DNA from: an uncultured Methanoregulaceae archaeon
GTDB taxonomy: Archaea; Halobacteriota; Methanomicrobia; Methanomicrobiales; Methanospirillaceae
Length of the DNA: 64,000 nucleotides
Direction of reading: 5' to 3'
Assembly (NCBI GenBank): GCA_963717525.1
Contig: OY970343.1
Coordinates: 160,001 to 224,000 of the forward strand
A program made the position numbers and the translations under genes. Below, in pieces: positions 28,457 to 39,085 of this stretch. The notes below the pieces were generated by a model. That model was not told the origin of the DNA and ran no database searches. It saw only the letters and a program-made list of their open reading frames with translations. Every line of letters starts with the position of its first letter. Position 1 is the first letter of the stretch.

Positions 28457-30038
28457 ATGGATGAGGCTCTTGCAATCCGGGAGATCATCTCCCGCATCCT
28501 CTCCCTGCCGCCCGGTAACAGCGGGATTGCAGCAGTAAAGGTTGAGATCTGCCGGAGGTACCGGCTGGGTGCTGTTCCCAAGAATTCAGCGATACTTGCC
28601 GCTGCCACCCCGGAAGAACGGGAATCCCTGCGCCGTGCCCTGCTGGTCAAGCCCACCCGTACTCTTTCTGGTGTCGCGCCGGTCGCGGTCATGACCTCGC
28701 CCTATCCATGCCCGCACGGCAAGTGCCTGCCCTGCCCGGGCGGGCCTTCCCACCCGTTCAGCTCGCCGCAGAGTTACACAGGTGAGGAACCGGCGGCAAA
28801 GCGGGCCCGGGAGCATGGCTACGATCCATTCGCCCAGGTCCACGCCCGGCTCGGGCAGTTCGAGACGCTGGGGCACCGGGTCGAGAAGGTGGAACTGATC
28901 GTGATGGGCGGAACGATGACTGCCCGCCCGATCGAGTACCAGTATGAGTTTGTTGCCCGGTGCATTGAAGCGATGAATGTGTACCCGGAAGATACACCGG
29001 CAGCAGCAGTGCCTTCCGTTGAGGCGGTCGAAGCCGCAAATGAAACTGCGGATGTCCGGTGCGTCGGGATCACGTTTGAGACGCGCCCGGACTGGTGCAG
29101 GAAAGAGCACATCGACCGGATGCTCGATCTCAGGTGTCACCAAGGTGGAGCTGGGCGTCCAGCACCTTGACGATGCGATCCTTGCCTTTAATCGCCGGGG
29201 GTGCACCGTTGCAGATACTGTCGAGGCAAACCGGCTCCTGCGGGACGCCGGGATCAAGGTCGGGTTCCACATGATGCCCAACCTGCCGCATTCGACTATC
29301 GCAGCGGATAAGGAGATGTTTGAAACCCTCTTTTCCGATCCCCGGTTCAAACCGGATTTTTTAAAGATCTACCCGACGCTTGTCACCCCGGGCTCCGAGA
29401 TCGAGGAACTCTGGGAACTCAGGAGGTATGCTCCGTACGATGAGGAGGATCTCATCGATCTTATAGCGTACGTAAAAACACTTATACCGGAGTACACGCG
29501 GCTCTCGCGGGTGCAGCGCGACATCCCGGCCAAACTGATCGTGGCCGGGTCCCGGCATTCCAACTTCCGGCAGCTGGCCCAGAACCGGCTTGCCGCGCAG
29601 GGCCGGCACTGCCGATGCATCCGGTGCCGGGAGATTGGCCGGCTCCCCTCGGCAATCGAAGCGGAGATGCGGGTGACCACGTACGAGTGCTGCGGCGGCA
29701 TGGAACATTTCATATCCGCAGTCTCGGGAGACTCGCTGATCGGGTTTGCCCGGCTCCGGTTCCCCTCGTCCGAATTCCGTCCCGAGATATCCGGTGCCGC
29801 CCTTCTTCGCGAGCTCCATGTCTACGGGAGCCTTGTCCCGGTGGGTCTTGATGCTGCACAGCAGGAGGAGTGGCAGCACCGGAATTTCGGGAAAATACTC
29901 CTCTCACGTGCCGAGGAGATCGCAAAAGCATCAGGGTTCAGGCGCATGGCGATCATGAGCGGCATCGGTGTCCGCCCCTACTACCGGAGACAGGGATATG
30001 AGCGCAGGGGCCCCTATATGGTAAAGGAGATGCCATGA
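28457..30038 (+). CDS. elp3: Elp3 tRNA U34 carboxymethyltransferase (radical SAM + GNAT; apparent +1 frameshift at ~29132)
   Basis: RTLSGVAPVAVM, CPHGKCLPCPGG, ETRPDW. Shifted frame: GVTKVELGVQ, KIYPTLV, RELHVYG, SGIGVRPYY. Confidence 0.93.
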
Positions 30039-31160
30039 ACCCGGCAACCACGGAGTTTGTACGGCAGCGGTTTACGGACTATTACCGGAAGGCATTGCTT
30101 GTCTCCCCGTCATCGCTTGCGCAGCGGGAATGGGGTTTTGTCCTTTTTAACCCGGGAGCTGCCGAGATGAGGATGCGCCGGCATATCGCATTCTCCGAAC
30201 GCGCGGAGCTCTTCGATTACATCAAAAATCTCGTCCCCTCGCATATCTATTACTCGAGCGCATACTACGAGAAACCGGATGCACCCACCATGGCTGAAAA
30301 GGGCTGGTGCGGCGCCGATCTGATCTTCGATCTCGACGCGGATCATATCGTCAAAGGGCCTTACGACCAGATGCTCTCCCGAGTCAAGATCGAGACAGAG
30401 AAACTGCTTGCCATGCTCACCGAAGAACTGGGGATCGATCCAAAACAGATTGAGCTGGTCTTTTCCGGTGGGCGTGGATACCATGTGCATGTACGGGATC
30501 TCGCTTTCCGCGGGTGGGGGAGCGCTGAGCGGCGGGAACTGATCGATTACATCTGCGGCATCGGGATCGATCCCGCCGTATTGCTGAACGGATCATCATC
30601 GCCCGGGTGGCCTGCCAGGTTCCGCAGCGCGCTGACCGGGTATATGACATGGCTGGGGAGCCTTAGCGAGGAAGAGGCAATGACCTATCTTACTTCCCTT
30701 GAGGGGGTGGGAAAAGAATCGGCGGCCGGGTTTTTGAAAAAGCGCGAGGAGATGATCGCCGGCCTCCACGGGGAGGTTGACCCGACTTTGCTCAAGGACC
30801 GGGTCATAAAGGCGGTGGTGAACGAGACCCAAGGCGAGTTCCGGAAGCGGCTCAATGAAGAGGCTGCGCTTGCAGATGAGCCGGTCACTACGGACATCAA
30901 GCGCCTGATCCGGATGCCAACATCCCTCCATGGCGGCAGTGGGATGCGGGTGCAGTCACTTGAGATGCGGGATCTTCCCGGTTTTGACCCGCTGGTGGAT
31001 GCTGTGGTCTTTTCATCCCGTGATGTGCGGGTGGACGCCCGGTTCCCGCTTGCCATGCCAATGCTGGGAAGCACTTATCAGATCCAAAAAGGGATCTCTA
31101 CAGTACCCTGAGGCCGTGGCAGTCTTCCTCTGCTGCCGCGGCATCGCGGAAATTGTATAA
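30035..31160 (+). CDS. priS: DNA primase small subunit (apparent +1 frameshift at ~31107)
   Basis: REWGF, FDLDAD, FSGGRGYH, DEPVTTDIKRLIRMPTSLHG. Tail EAVAVFLCCRGIAEIV lies in the shifted frame. Confidence 0.93.
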
Positions 31161-31187
31161 AACTATCCCTTACCTCGAGTGCCTGCC

Positions 31188-31871
31188 ATGGGATTTGATG
31201 ATCTGCGCAGCATCCTGCTCACCGAACGCGAAACCGGCAAACTGGTCCAGATATCCCCGGATATTTTCGACCGCACCCATGTAGAGATCGCAGCACTTCT
31301 CAAGAAGGTCTATGCGGTTGAGGACCCGCTCTCCGATGAGGCCCGGGCGCTCATCGAAGAAACGATCGCGATGAAAGAGACAATGCACGAGCTCTTCTCT
31401 ATCCGCTCACGCAAGATCCTCGCTCTCGCCCTCATGCATGCGGAGGGTAATTACTATGACCGGGAGGAGGTCAAGAGGATGCTGCCGGCCGAGCACGGGA
31501 TGTTTGACCGAGTGGCGGCCGGCCTCCTTGAATGCCAGGATACCCTGCTCCACAACGCAAAACAGCCCCTTGTGCCTTCACCAAAGGCAGCCCCTGCAGT
31601 CATCGAGGTAGCAGAAAATGACGGGGAAGTACATGATGAAGAATATCTGTCCGGTGAGGAGCAGTCAGTCTCCCAATCTCCCGCCGCACCCACTCTCACC
31701 CCGCCTTACCTGCTGGTGCGGGTGCTTGAGGGGATGGATACGTTCATGGGTGTTGATGGGAGGATCTATGGGCTTGCCAAAGGGGACATCGTCACGCTTC
31801 CCGAGCGAAACGCATCTGTCCTTTCCGACCGGAACCTTGTCTGTCCCGTCTCCCTCCCGACCGGAAAATAA
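31188..31871 (+). CDS. GINS complex subunit (Gins15/51-like)
   Basis: Directly after priS. Helical A-domain (RSRKI) plus B-domain FMGVDGRIYGLAKGDIVTLPERNA. Confidence 0.8.
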   Translation: MGFDDLRSILLTERETGKLVQISPDIFDRTHVEIAALLKKVYAVEDPLSDEARALIEETIAMKETMHELFSIRSRKILALALMHAEGNYYDREEVKRMLPAEHGMFDRVAAGLLECQDTLLHNAKQPLVPSPKAAPAVIEVAENDGEVHDEEYLSGEEQSVSQSPAAPTLTPPYLLVRVLEGMDTFMGVDGRIYGLAKGDIVTLPERNASVLSDRNLVCPVSLPTGK

Positions 31872-32142
31872 CCGGAATTTTTTTTAGATACTCTGCCCCA
31901 AAATCCCGAACGGCCGGCATAAGTGTCTGGAATTTCTTGTTCGGATCTTTCAGGAAGGCCGGCCTATCCTAATCTTTTTAACATCCCGGCACCAAAACCT
32001 AAACACTCTTCGCCACGATGAGAATTGCAACACGATTTGGACAACGGCGACAATCCTGTACTGCCGGTGAACCCATATCTTAAATATGAACCTTAGCCAA
32101 TAATATTGGGATTCAATATCCAGTACATTCGGTGAAAACATC

Positions 32143-32421
32143 ATGAAGATGCCAGTGAAATTCAAAACCTACTGTCCTTTTTGCAGGAATCACCAGATCC
32201 ATGAGGTGGAGAAGGTCAAGAAAAGCAAGACAACCGGCCTCCACTGGATCGACCGCCAGAAGGAACGCAGAGGAAAAGTGGGCAACATGGGCAAGTTCTC
32301 GAAAGTCCCTGGTGGCGACAAGCCCACAAAGAAGATTAACGTCAGGTACCGCTGCACAACGTGTGGGAAAGCACACCTGCGCAAAGGCTACCGGGTCGCG
32401 AAGTTTGAGTTGACGGAGTGA
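32143..32421 (+). CDS. rpl44e: 50S ribosomal protein L44e
   Basis: [27 protein letters not shown]. Confidence 0.95.
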   Translation: MKMPVKFKTYCPFCRNHQIHEVEKVKKSKTTGLHWIDRQKERRGKVGNMGKFSKVPGGDKPTKKINVRYRCTTCGKAHLRKGYRVAKFELTE

Positions 32422-32426
32422 GAAAC

Positions 32427-32615
32427 ATGGTACGTGAAGCACGAGCGAACCGGAGCAGTTTTTTAAAGGTAAAGTGCCCGGACTGCGATAACGAGCAGAC
32501 GGTCTTTTCTAAGGCGAGCACGACCGTAAAATGTGTTGTCTGCGGACGCGATCTCGCGACACCGGCGGGCGGAAAAGCGAACTTAAAGGCTGAGATCATC
32601 TCAGAGTTCAAGTGA
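32427..32615 (+). CDS. rps27e: 30S ribosomal protein S27e
   Basis: FLKVKCPDCDNEQTVF..VKCVVCG..PAGGKA. Confidence 0.95.
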   Translation: MVREARANRSSFLKVKCPDCDNEQTVFSKASTTVKCVVCGRDLATPAGGKANLKAEIISEFK

Positions 32616-32623
32616 GCCATCAC

Positions 32624-33422
32624 ATGCCGGACAGGGACAGGGAATGGCCACAGGAATCGGAACTGGTAGTTTGTACCGTAGAAAACGTCAAGGATTTTGT
32701 CGCGTTCGTATCGCTTGACGAATACGGTGGCAGGCAGGGACTCATCCCCATCTCTGAAATTGCAACCGGGTGGATAAAGTATATCCGTGACCACATCCGC
32801 GAGGGCCAGAAAATTGTCTGCAAGGTCCTCAATGTCGACCGGAACCGGGGTCACATCGATCTTTCTTTAAAGGATGTCAACGAGCACCAGCGCCGCGAGA
32901 AGATCCGCGAGTGGAAGAACGAGTCCAAGGCGCGCAAGTGGATCGGCTTTGTCGCAGAGAAGTCCGGTGAACCCGCAACGGCGATAGAAGATGCAATCCT
33001 CGATAAGTATGGCGAGCTGTATGCGGTGTTTGAAGATGTCGTCACCGACAGCGATGCGACGATCAGGAAGCTGGGGCTCTCCAAAAAGGCCGGCGAAGCA
33101 CTGATTCATATCGCTCACGAGAGCGTCAAGATCCCCAAGGTTGAAGTAACCGGCCAGCTGGTCCTGATGTCTGCAGAACCTGACGGAGTTATGGTGATAC
33201 GCAATGCCTTAAAAAAGGCAAGCGAAGCCAAGACTGCCGGAGCAGACATCGAGTCTGCTGTACCTGGGCGCACCGATCTACCGAATCAAGGTGACAGCAT
33301 CCGATTACAAGAAAGCCGAAAAAGCGCTTGAAAAAGCAGCCAACGCCGCTGTTTCTGTCCTTGAAAAGGCAGGCGGCGAAGGCAAACTCATAAAGAAACC
33401 CAAGTCCGGGAAGAGCCAATGA
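32624..33422 (+). CDS. eif2a: Translation initiation factor aIF2 alpha (apparent +1 frameshift at ~33254)
   Basis: S1 domain GLIPISEIATGWIK..GHIDLSLK. Shifted frame continues LYLGAPIYRIKV.ASDYKKAE. Confidence 0.93.
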
Positions 33423-33583
33423 GCGGAAGAATCCGACGCTGCAGCACAGATCATATCTATACCCTTTCTCTGCAGTGTCCCGTGTGCGGTCAGCCAACAT
33501 CAGTCGCCCACCCGGCACGTTTTTCGGTACAGGACCGTTTCGGCAGGTACCGGAGGATAGCAAAGGACAAGGCTGCGCAATGA
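33419..33583 (+). CDS. nop10: H/ACA RNP protein Nop10 (not in ORF track, 54 aa)
   Basis: MSGRIRRC..YTL..CPVCG..HPARFS.QDRFGRYR, in its canonical position after aIF2alpha. Confidence 0.9.
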   Translation: MSGRIRRCSTDHIYTLSLQCPVCGQPTSVAHPARFSVQDRFGRYRRIAKDKAAQ

Positions 33584-34335
33584 TCGACGATATCAGTATC
33601 CGGTACTGCGATACTTTTGATAAGGCCCTTACTGACCCGATCCTGATCGGGGGTCTGCCTGGTATCGGGCAGGTAGGAAAACTTGTTGCAGAGTACATGA
33701 TCCACATGCTCGGCGCGGAAAAAGTCGGGGAGATCCACGCGATCTATCTCCCTCCGCAGGTTATAATTGAGGAAAACGGTGTCGCCAGGCTGCCACGCAA
33801 CGAGATCTACCTTTATAAGGCGGCGAATCGGCATCTTGTTTTTCTGGTCGGCGATTTCCAGAGCACTTCAAACGAGGGGCACTACCTTATGACGGATGCA
33901 TATCTTGATATCGCCGTGGAACTGGGGGTAAAACGCATCTACACGCTCGGGGGGTTTGGCGTCGGCCACCTCGTCTATACACCCCGGGTTTTTGGCGCCA
34001 CGAACCGTGTAGAGCTCAAGGCTGAAATAATGGATGCGGGCGTGACATTTGACCGCGATGAGCCGGGCGGTGGGATCTTAGGCGCGGCCGGTCTCCTCCT
34101 TGGAATGGGGAGCATGAGAGGGATCGATGCCATCTGCCTGATGGGCGAGACGAGCGGGTATGTCGTCGATCCTATGAGCGCCGCAAGCGTTCTTACGGCT
34201 CTCTCAAAACTTATCGCGGTGCCTGTCGATCCCACCCAGCTTAATGACCGTGCAGCTGAGATGGAAAAGGTCGTGCAGAGACTCCTCGAAAACGCACAGA
34301 GCCAGCACGATGAAGAGCTGAGCTATATCGGCTGA
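33580..34335 (+). CDS. Proteasome assembly chaperone (PAC2) family protein
   Basis: GLPGIGQVGKL, IYTLGGF, CLMGETSGY..DP. C-terminus SYIG. Confidence 0.88.
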   Translation: MIDDISIRYCDTFDKALTDPILIGGLPGIGQVGKLVAEYMIHMLGAEKVGEIHAIYLPPQVIIEENGVARLPRNEIYLYKAANRHLVFLVGDFQSTSNEGHYLMTDAYLDIAVELGVKRIYTLGGFGVGHLVYTPRVFGATNRVELKAEIMDAGVTFDRDEPGGGILGAAGLLLGMGSMRGIDAICLMGETSGYVVDPMSAASVLTALSKLIAVPVDPTQLNDRAAEMEKVVQRLLENAQSQHDEELSYIG

Positions 34336-34492
34336 CGATCCTTTTTTGCTCCGTCTGACCGCACCGATCTCTTCTTTCACCGGCACGCGTGCTTATCTTA
34401 CCCTCTCTGCTGCGATTCATATCAGTTTGTTTTATAAACCTATGCTGTCCTGATTATACATTGCATAAATATACTAGCGCTGGTGCCCCCGT

Positions 34493-35881
34493 ATGCTCTC
34501 CGTAATGGTTGTCGATGATGATCCCGCAATCCTTGATGTCACCCGGCTCGTACTGGAGCGTTCGCACGAGATCTCCGTCCGGCCGGTCAGCTCGTCCCGG
34601 GAAGCTCTTGACGTGCTCCAGAAGAGCAGTTTTGATGCTATCGTCCTCGATTACGATCTGCCGGAGATCAACGGCATTGAATTCTTAAAGATCATCCGGG
34701 GCAAAGGGGACGTGACCCCGGTTATTATCTTCACCGGTGTCGGCAGGGAAAATGCCGCAATCGCCGCACTCAACAACGGTGCCAACTTCTTCCTGAAAAA
34801 AGGCGAGAATATGGAGATGCCGTTTATCGAACTGCGACGGATGATCCGGCACGCGGTTGAGCAGCGGTTCATGGGAAAGGCCAAAGGCCTGTCCCGGAAG
34901 ATCGTCTTTGATTTGGTCAACTTCTCTCTTGACGCCGAGTTCGCTATCGATCCCGAGGGAAATGTCCTTGCATGGAACAGGACCATGGAGCAGTTGACCG
35001 GTGTCCCTTCGCAGACGTTACTGGATAAAGGAAATTCCGCCTATGCAGAGCCTTTTTTTGGCAAACGACAGAAAATGCTCATTGACATGGTCTTCTTCTC
35101 TGAGGATGCCATACGGAAAGCCCGGTACATGGTCATCAACAGGGAGAAGAACGGTCCCGCGGTAGCGGTCACCCGGGCACGAAAGGCGGACGGGACGGAA
35201 TGGACGCTCTGGATGAAGGCGACCCCGCTCTTCGATAACCACGGTGAGTTTATCGCAGCTGCATGTATTGTACGGGATGTCACCACCACGTTCAAAGATG
35301 TCAGTATAGAAGAGGAATCGCCGGTCGCGGCCTCCTCGACTCCTTCGGCTGCAGAAGGCGAGGCTGCTTCGTTGGGCGGCAGTTTTATCAACCGGATCCT
35401 TGGCAAAGCGATGGTGCAGTACAAGGAAGGCGTCAACCTCTACGCCCGCAACCGGAATTACCGGGGGGCCATCGAAGCGTTCGAACGGGCGATCGAGATT
35501 GACCCGAAACTCCCCTATGTCTGGAACGACCGGGGTATCTGTATTCGGACGCTGGGGGATTATGATGAGGCGCTCAAGTCGTTCCTGCGTGCGGTGGAAC
35601 TGGCCCCGGGGAATGTCGAGATCCTGTACGAGCTTGGGGAGACTCTCGAACAGATGGGCGTCCTGCAGATGAACAACAAGTATCTTGAAGCGGCAGTGGA
35701 GACCTTCAAGATGGTGGTCAGTCTCCTGCCCAACAACATGGATTCCTGGAACCATATCGGCATCTGCTTAAAGGAACTGGGGAGACCTGAGGAGTCGAAG
35801 TTCTATTTTGACCGGTCCCGGGATATCCGGCTCTGGAAGAAGGATACACCCGTTCCGAGGAAACGAAACGAGTATCTCTGA
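34493..35881 (+). CDS. Response regulator receiver - PAS - TPR protein
   Basis: VVDDD..LDYDLPEINGIEFL..FTG receiver, WNRTMEQLTG PAS domain, three TPR-like repeats. Confidence 0.85.
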   Translation: MLSVMVVDDDPAILDVTRLVLERSHEISVRPVSSSREALDVLQKSSFDAIVLDYDLPEINGIEFLKIIRGKGDVTPVIIFTGVGRENAAIAALNNGANFFLKKGENMEMPFIELRRMIRHAVEQRFMGKAKGLSRKIVFDLVNFSLDAEFAIDPEGNVLAWNRTMEQLTGVPSQTLLDKGNSAYAEPFFGKRQKMLIDMVFFSEDAIRKARYMVINREKNGPAVAVTRARKADGTEWTLWMKATPLFDNHGEFIAAACIVRDVTTTFKDVSIEEESPVAASSTPSAAEGEAASLGGSFINRILGKAMVQYKEGVNLYARNRNYRGAIEAFERAIEIDPKLPYVWNDRGICIRTLGDYDEALKSFLRAVELAPGNVEILYELGETLEQMGVLQMNNKYLEAAVETFKMVVSLLPNNMDSWNHIGICLKELGRPEESKFYFDRSRDIRLWKKDTPVPRKRNEYL

Positions 35882-35970
35882 TTATAAGGTACCTCGGGTG
35901 CGGGAAAATTCCGGGAACCCGGAAGCGCATCCCTCTTATATATTTGCACGGCGTAATCAGGAAGGAAATC

Positions 35971-37092
35971 ATGCTTGCAAATGCCGATTTGCATATCCAT
36001 TCGCCTTTTTCGATGGCAGTCTCCGGCGCGATGCGTCCGGAAAAACTTCTTATCGCGTCTAAAGTCAAAGGCCTGCATGTACTTGGCACCGGTGACGCCA
36101 TGCACCCGGCTTGGCAACAGGAATGGAAACCGTTCCTTGAAAATATGCAGGAGATCTGCGTTGTCCCGACTGGGGAGATCGAGGACGATCACCGGGTCCA
36201 TCATCTGGTCCTTGCCGAGGAGTTCGGCCAATTTGACCAGCTCCGCGATCTTCTTGCGCCAAAAAGCAGGAGTATCGGAACGAACGGCCGCCCCCACGTG
36301 TACCTTTCCGGGGAAATCATCGCAGAGCATGCGCATGAGGTCGGGGCCCTCATCGGCCCGGCCCATGCGTTTACTCCATGGACCGCGCTCTTTGCGTACC
36401 ATGATTCGGTTGCCGGCTGTTATGGCGACGAAAAGATCGACCTTCTCGAACTGGGACTCTCAGCGGACAGCTCCTATGGTGCCAGTATCCCGGATCTATC
36501 GGGAGTCCCTTTTCTCTCAAACTCAGATGCCCACAGCCCGCAGCTGGAGAAGATCGGCCGCGAGTTCAACCGGATACAGGTTTCCGGCCACCTGTCAGTA
36601 CGCAATGTACTTGACTGCATCAGGGCCGGCGAGATCACGATGAATGCCGGTTTTTTCCCGGAAGAAGGGAAGTACAACCGTACTGCCTGCGTCCGCTGTT
36701 TTACCCAGTACTCCCTTGAAGAGGCGCAGCAGCACAACTGGCGCTGCCCCGCCGATGGCGGCCTCATCAAGAAGGGTGTCTCTGACCGGGCCCGTGAACT
36801 TTCACGCGGTACACCCGGGCCGCGCCCGCCCTACCTCCACATCGTCCCGCTCGGGCAGATTATTCAGACCCTTGAAGGCGCCTCGTCTCCCCATACGAAG
36901 AAATGCCGGGCGATCTACGATGCGTTCATCATGGCGTTCGAAAACGAGATTGATATCCTCGTCTCGGCCCCGCTTCCCGAGATCCGGGCAGTTCATCCCG
37001 GGGTCGCAGATGCGATCTCGGCCTTGCGGGAAAACCGCGTGATCCTCCACCCCGGCGGCGGGGGAAAGTTCGGCACGTTCTCTCTTAAATGA
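35971..37092 (+). CDS. PHP-domain endonuclease Q family protein
   Basis: DLHIHS, GTGD..HP, PAHAFTPW, ELGLSAD, SNSDAHS, GREFN, GKY...CVRC. Confidence 0.85.
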   Translation: MLANADLHIHSPFSMAVSGAMRPEKLLIASKVKGLHVLGTGDAMHPAWQQEWKPFLENMQEICVVPTGEIEDDHRVHHLVLAEEFGQFDQLRDLLAPKSRSIGTNGRPHVYLSGEIIAEHAHEVGALIGPAHAFTPWTALFAYHDSVAGCYGDEKIDLLELGLSADSSYGASIPDLSGVPFLSNSDAHSPQLEKIGREFNRIQVSGHLSVRNVLDCIRAGEITMNAGFFPEEGKYNRTACVRCFTQYSLEEAQQHNWRCPADGGLIKKGVSDRARELSRGTPGPRPPYLHIVPLGQIIQTLEGASSPHTKKCRAIYDAFIMAFENEIDILVSAPLPEIRAVHPGVADAISALRENRVILHPGGGGKFGTFSLK

Positions 37093-37157
37093 TTTTTTCA
37101 AATGCGTTCGCCATTCCGCACCGGACGAGAGGGGATCCTGTAAAAAAGATGGTGGGG

Positions 37158-38633
37158 TTACATATCGAAGTAGAGGTGGAACTCCCACGGGTGGGGGCGG
37201 AGACGGATAGCGTCGATCTCTGCCCGTTTGTACTCGATCCAGACATCGATGACATCCGGCGTGAATACGCCGCCTTCGAGCAGGAACTTGTGGTCTGCTT
37301 CCAGGGCATCGATGGCCTGTTCGAGTGAACCAGGTACTGTCGGGATCTTCTTTGCTGCCTTGCTCTCGAGCTCGTAGGTGTTTCCTTCGAACGGCTGGCC
37401 GGGATCGATCTTCTTTTTGACACCATCGATACCTGCCATCAACAGTGCTGAGAACGAAAGGTAAGGGTTACACATCGGATCCGGCGGCCGGAACTCGATC
37501 CGTTTTGACTTAGGGTTCTCCGAGTACATCGGGATACGGACTGCGGCCGACCGGTTCCTCAGGGAGTACACGAGGTTGACCGGCGCCTCGTAGCCTGGCA
37601 CGAGACGCTTGTAGGAGTTGGTGGACGGGGCACAGAACGCCATGAGCGCATTCGCGTGCTTGAGGAGACCGCCGATGTAATGCTTCGCGGTCTGGCTGAT
37701 CATCCCATAGCCCTTCGCATCAAAGAACAGGTTCTTGCCATTCTTCCAGATCGACTGGTGGGTGTGCATACCAGACCCGTTATCGCCAAAGAGCGGCTTT
37801 GGCATAAACGTCGCCACCATGCCGAACTGCAGGGCCATGTTCTTGACGATATATTTGTACATCATACAGTTGTCCGCCATTTTTACGAGCGGGCTGTACC
37901 TCATATCGATCTCATTCTGGCCGGCGGTCGCCACTTCGTGGTGGTGCACCTCGACCGGAATTCCCGTCTCGATCATCTTGTTGATGATGTGGCTCCTGAC
38001 GTCCTGAAGCGAGTCATGCGGGGGCACCGGGAAATAGCCCTCCTTGTGGCGCGGCTTGTATCCGAGATTGGGCTGTTCGTCGCGCCCCGAGTTCCAGATA
38101 CCCTCAACCGAGTCCACCGAGTAGAATCCCTGGTTGACGGTCTGGGAGTACCTGACGTCATCGAAAAGGAAGAACTCGTACTCCGGTCCCCAGAAACTTT
38201 CATCAGCAATGCCGGTCGCTTTGAGGTACTGCTCTGCTTTCTGGGCGATATACCGCGGGTCACGGGTATATGCAACCTTTGTCACCGGGTCAAAGACGTT
38301 GCAGATGATGGAAAGAGTGGGGACTTCACAGACCGGGTCAGCGACTGCTGTCGAAGCGTCCGGATGCAGTATCATGTCCGATTCCTGGATTTTCTGGAAT
38401 CCCCGGATCGATGAACCATCAAATCCGATCCCTTCGGCCCAGATGCCGGCATGAGGATCGGCATCCTTGACGAGCTCTGATGCCGGTATGGAGAAATGCT
38501 GCCAGAGGCCCGGCAGGTCATTGAACTTAAAATCAACGATCCGGATATTCTTCTTTTTGATAAGAGTACTAATCGAGCTGATCTGGTCTTTTGTCACGCC
38601 CGCCATCCTGGTGCTCTTGCTCTTTTGAACCAT
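37158..38633 (-). CDS. glnA: Glutamine synthetase type I
   Basis: FDGSSIRGF, HHHEVATAGQNEI, FMPKP..DNGSGMH, NSYKRLVPGYEAP, RIEFR. Confidence 0.97.
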   Translation of the reverse strand: MVQKSKSTRMAGVTKDQISSISTLIKKKNIRIVDFKFNDLPGLWQHFSIPASELVKDADPHAGIWAEGIGFDGSSIRGFQKIQESDMILHPDASTAVADPVCEVPTLSIICNVFDPVTKVAYTRDPRYIAQKAEQYLKATGIADESFWGPEYEFFLFDDVRYSQTVNQGFYSVDSVEGIWNSGRDEQPNLGYKPRHKEGYFPVPPHDSLQDVRSHIINKMIETGIPVEVHHHEVATAGQNEIDMRYSPLVKMADNCMMYKYIVKNMALQFGMVATFMPKPLFGDNGSGMHTHQSIWKNGKNLFFDAKGYGMISQTAKHYIGGLLKHANALMAFCAPSTNSYKRLVPGYEAPVNLVYSLRNRSAAVRIPMYSENPKSKRIEFRPPDPMCNPYLSFSALLMAGIDGVKKKIDPGQPFEGNTYELESKAAKKIPTVPGSLEQAIDALEADHKFLLEGGVFTPDVIDVWIEYKRAEIDAIRLRPHPWEFHLYFDM

Positions 38634-38722
38634 GTAGTCACCTGTTCCTACCGGCAGGCATGTGCAAGCATGATTGAATAGTCCATACCCTCGTGAGACT
38701 CACGCGCGATACCTGCAGGCAA

Positions 38723-38755
38723 TAGGAAGAGTATTTCCTACTAATAATATTTAAA
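38723..38755 (-). promoter_or_regulatory. glnA promoter: TATA box plus NrpR-type operator GGAA-N6-TTCC
   Basis: Palindrome TAGGAA-GAGTAT-TTCCTA (38723-38740) just downstream of minus-strand TTTAAATATT (38746-38755). Confidence 0.8.
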
Positions 38756-38908
38756 CATAGGTTGTTGTTTTTCCCGCCCGTTCTCCCGGATCCATAAACG
38801 CGATCCTGCCGCCCGATGCCGTCATCGTGGCTCCGGGTACATGCAGTTCGTCCTGCCCGTGGCTGTCCGTAAAGATTAATGAAACCGGCCTCCAACATAT
38901 TCTCCAGA

Positions 38909-39085
38909 ATGCTTAACGTACACCGGGATGTCTGCGGGTATTGCGGATGCTGTGTGTCAGTCTGCCCCGAAGGTGCACTTGAACTGATCGACGCATACCT
39001 TTCTGTTGAAGAGAACTGTACGAGCTGCGGTATCTGCGCCAAGGTCTGTCCTCTTGGTGCGCTGGAGGTCGTGCATGAAAAGTAA
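38909..39085 (+). CDS. 2[4Fe-4S] ferredoxin
   Basis: [12 protein letters not shown] and [12 protein letters not shown]. Overlaps the GGR start. Confidence 0.9.
   Translation: MLNVHRDVCGYCGCCVSVCPEGALELIDAYLSVEENCTSCGICAKVCPLGALEVVHEK

Noticed and set aside
30035..34335. priS-GINS-rpl44e-rps27e-aIF2alpha-nop10 cluster as a novel system
   Set aside because: This is an already described, conserved archaeal replication-translation gene cluster.
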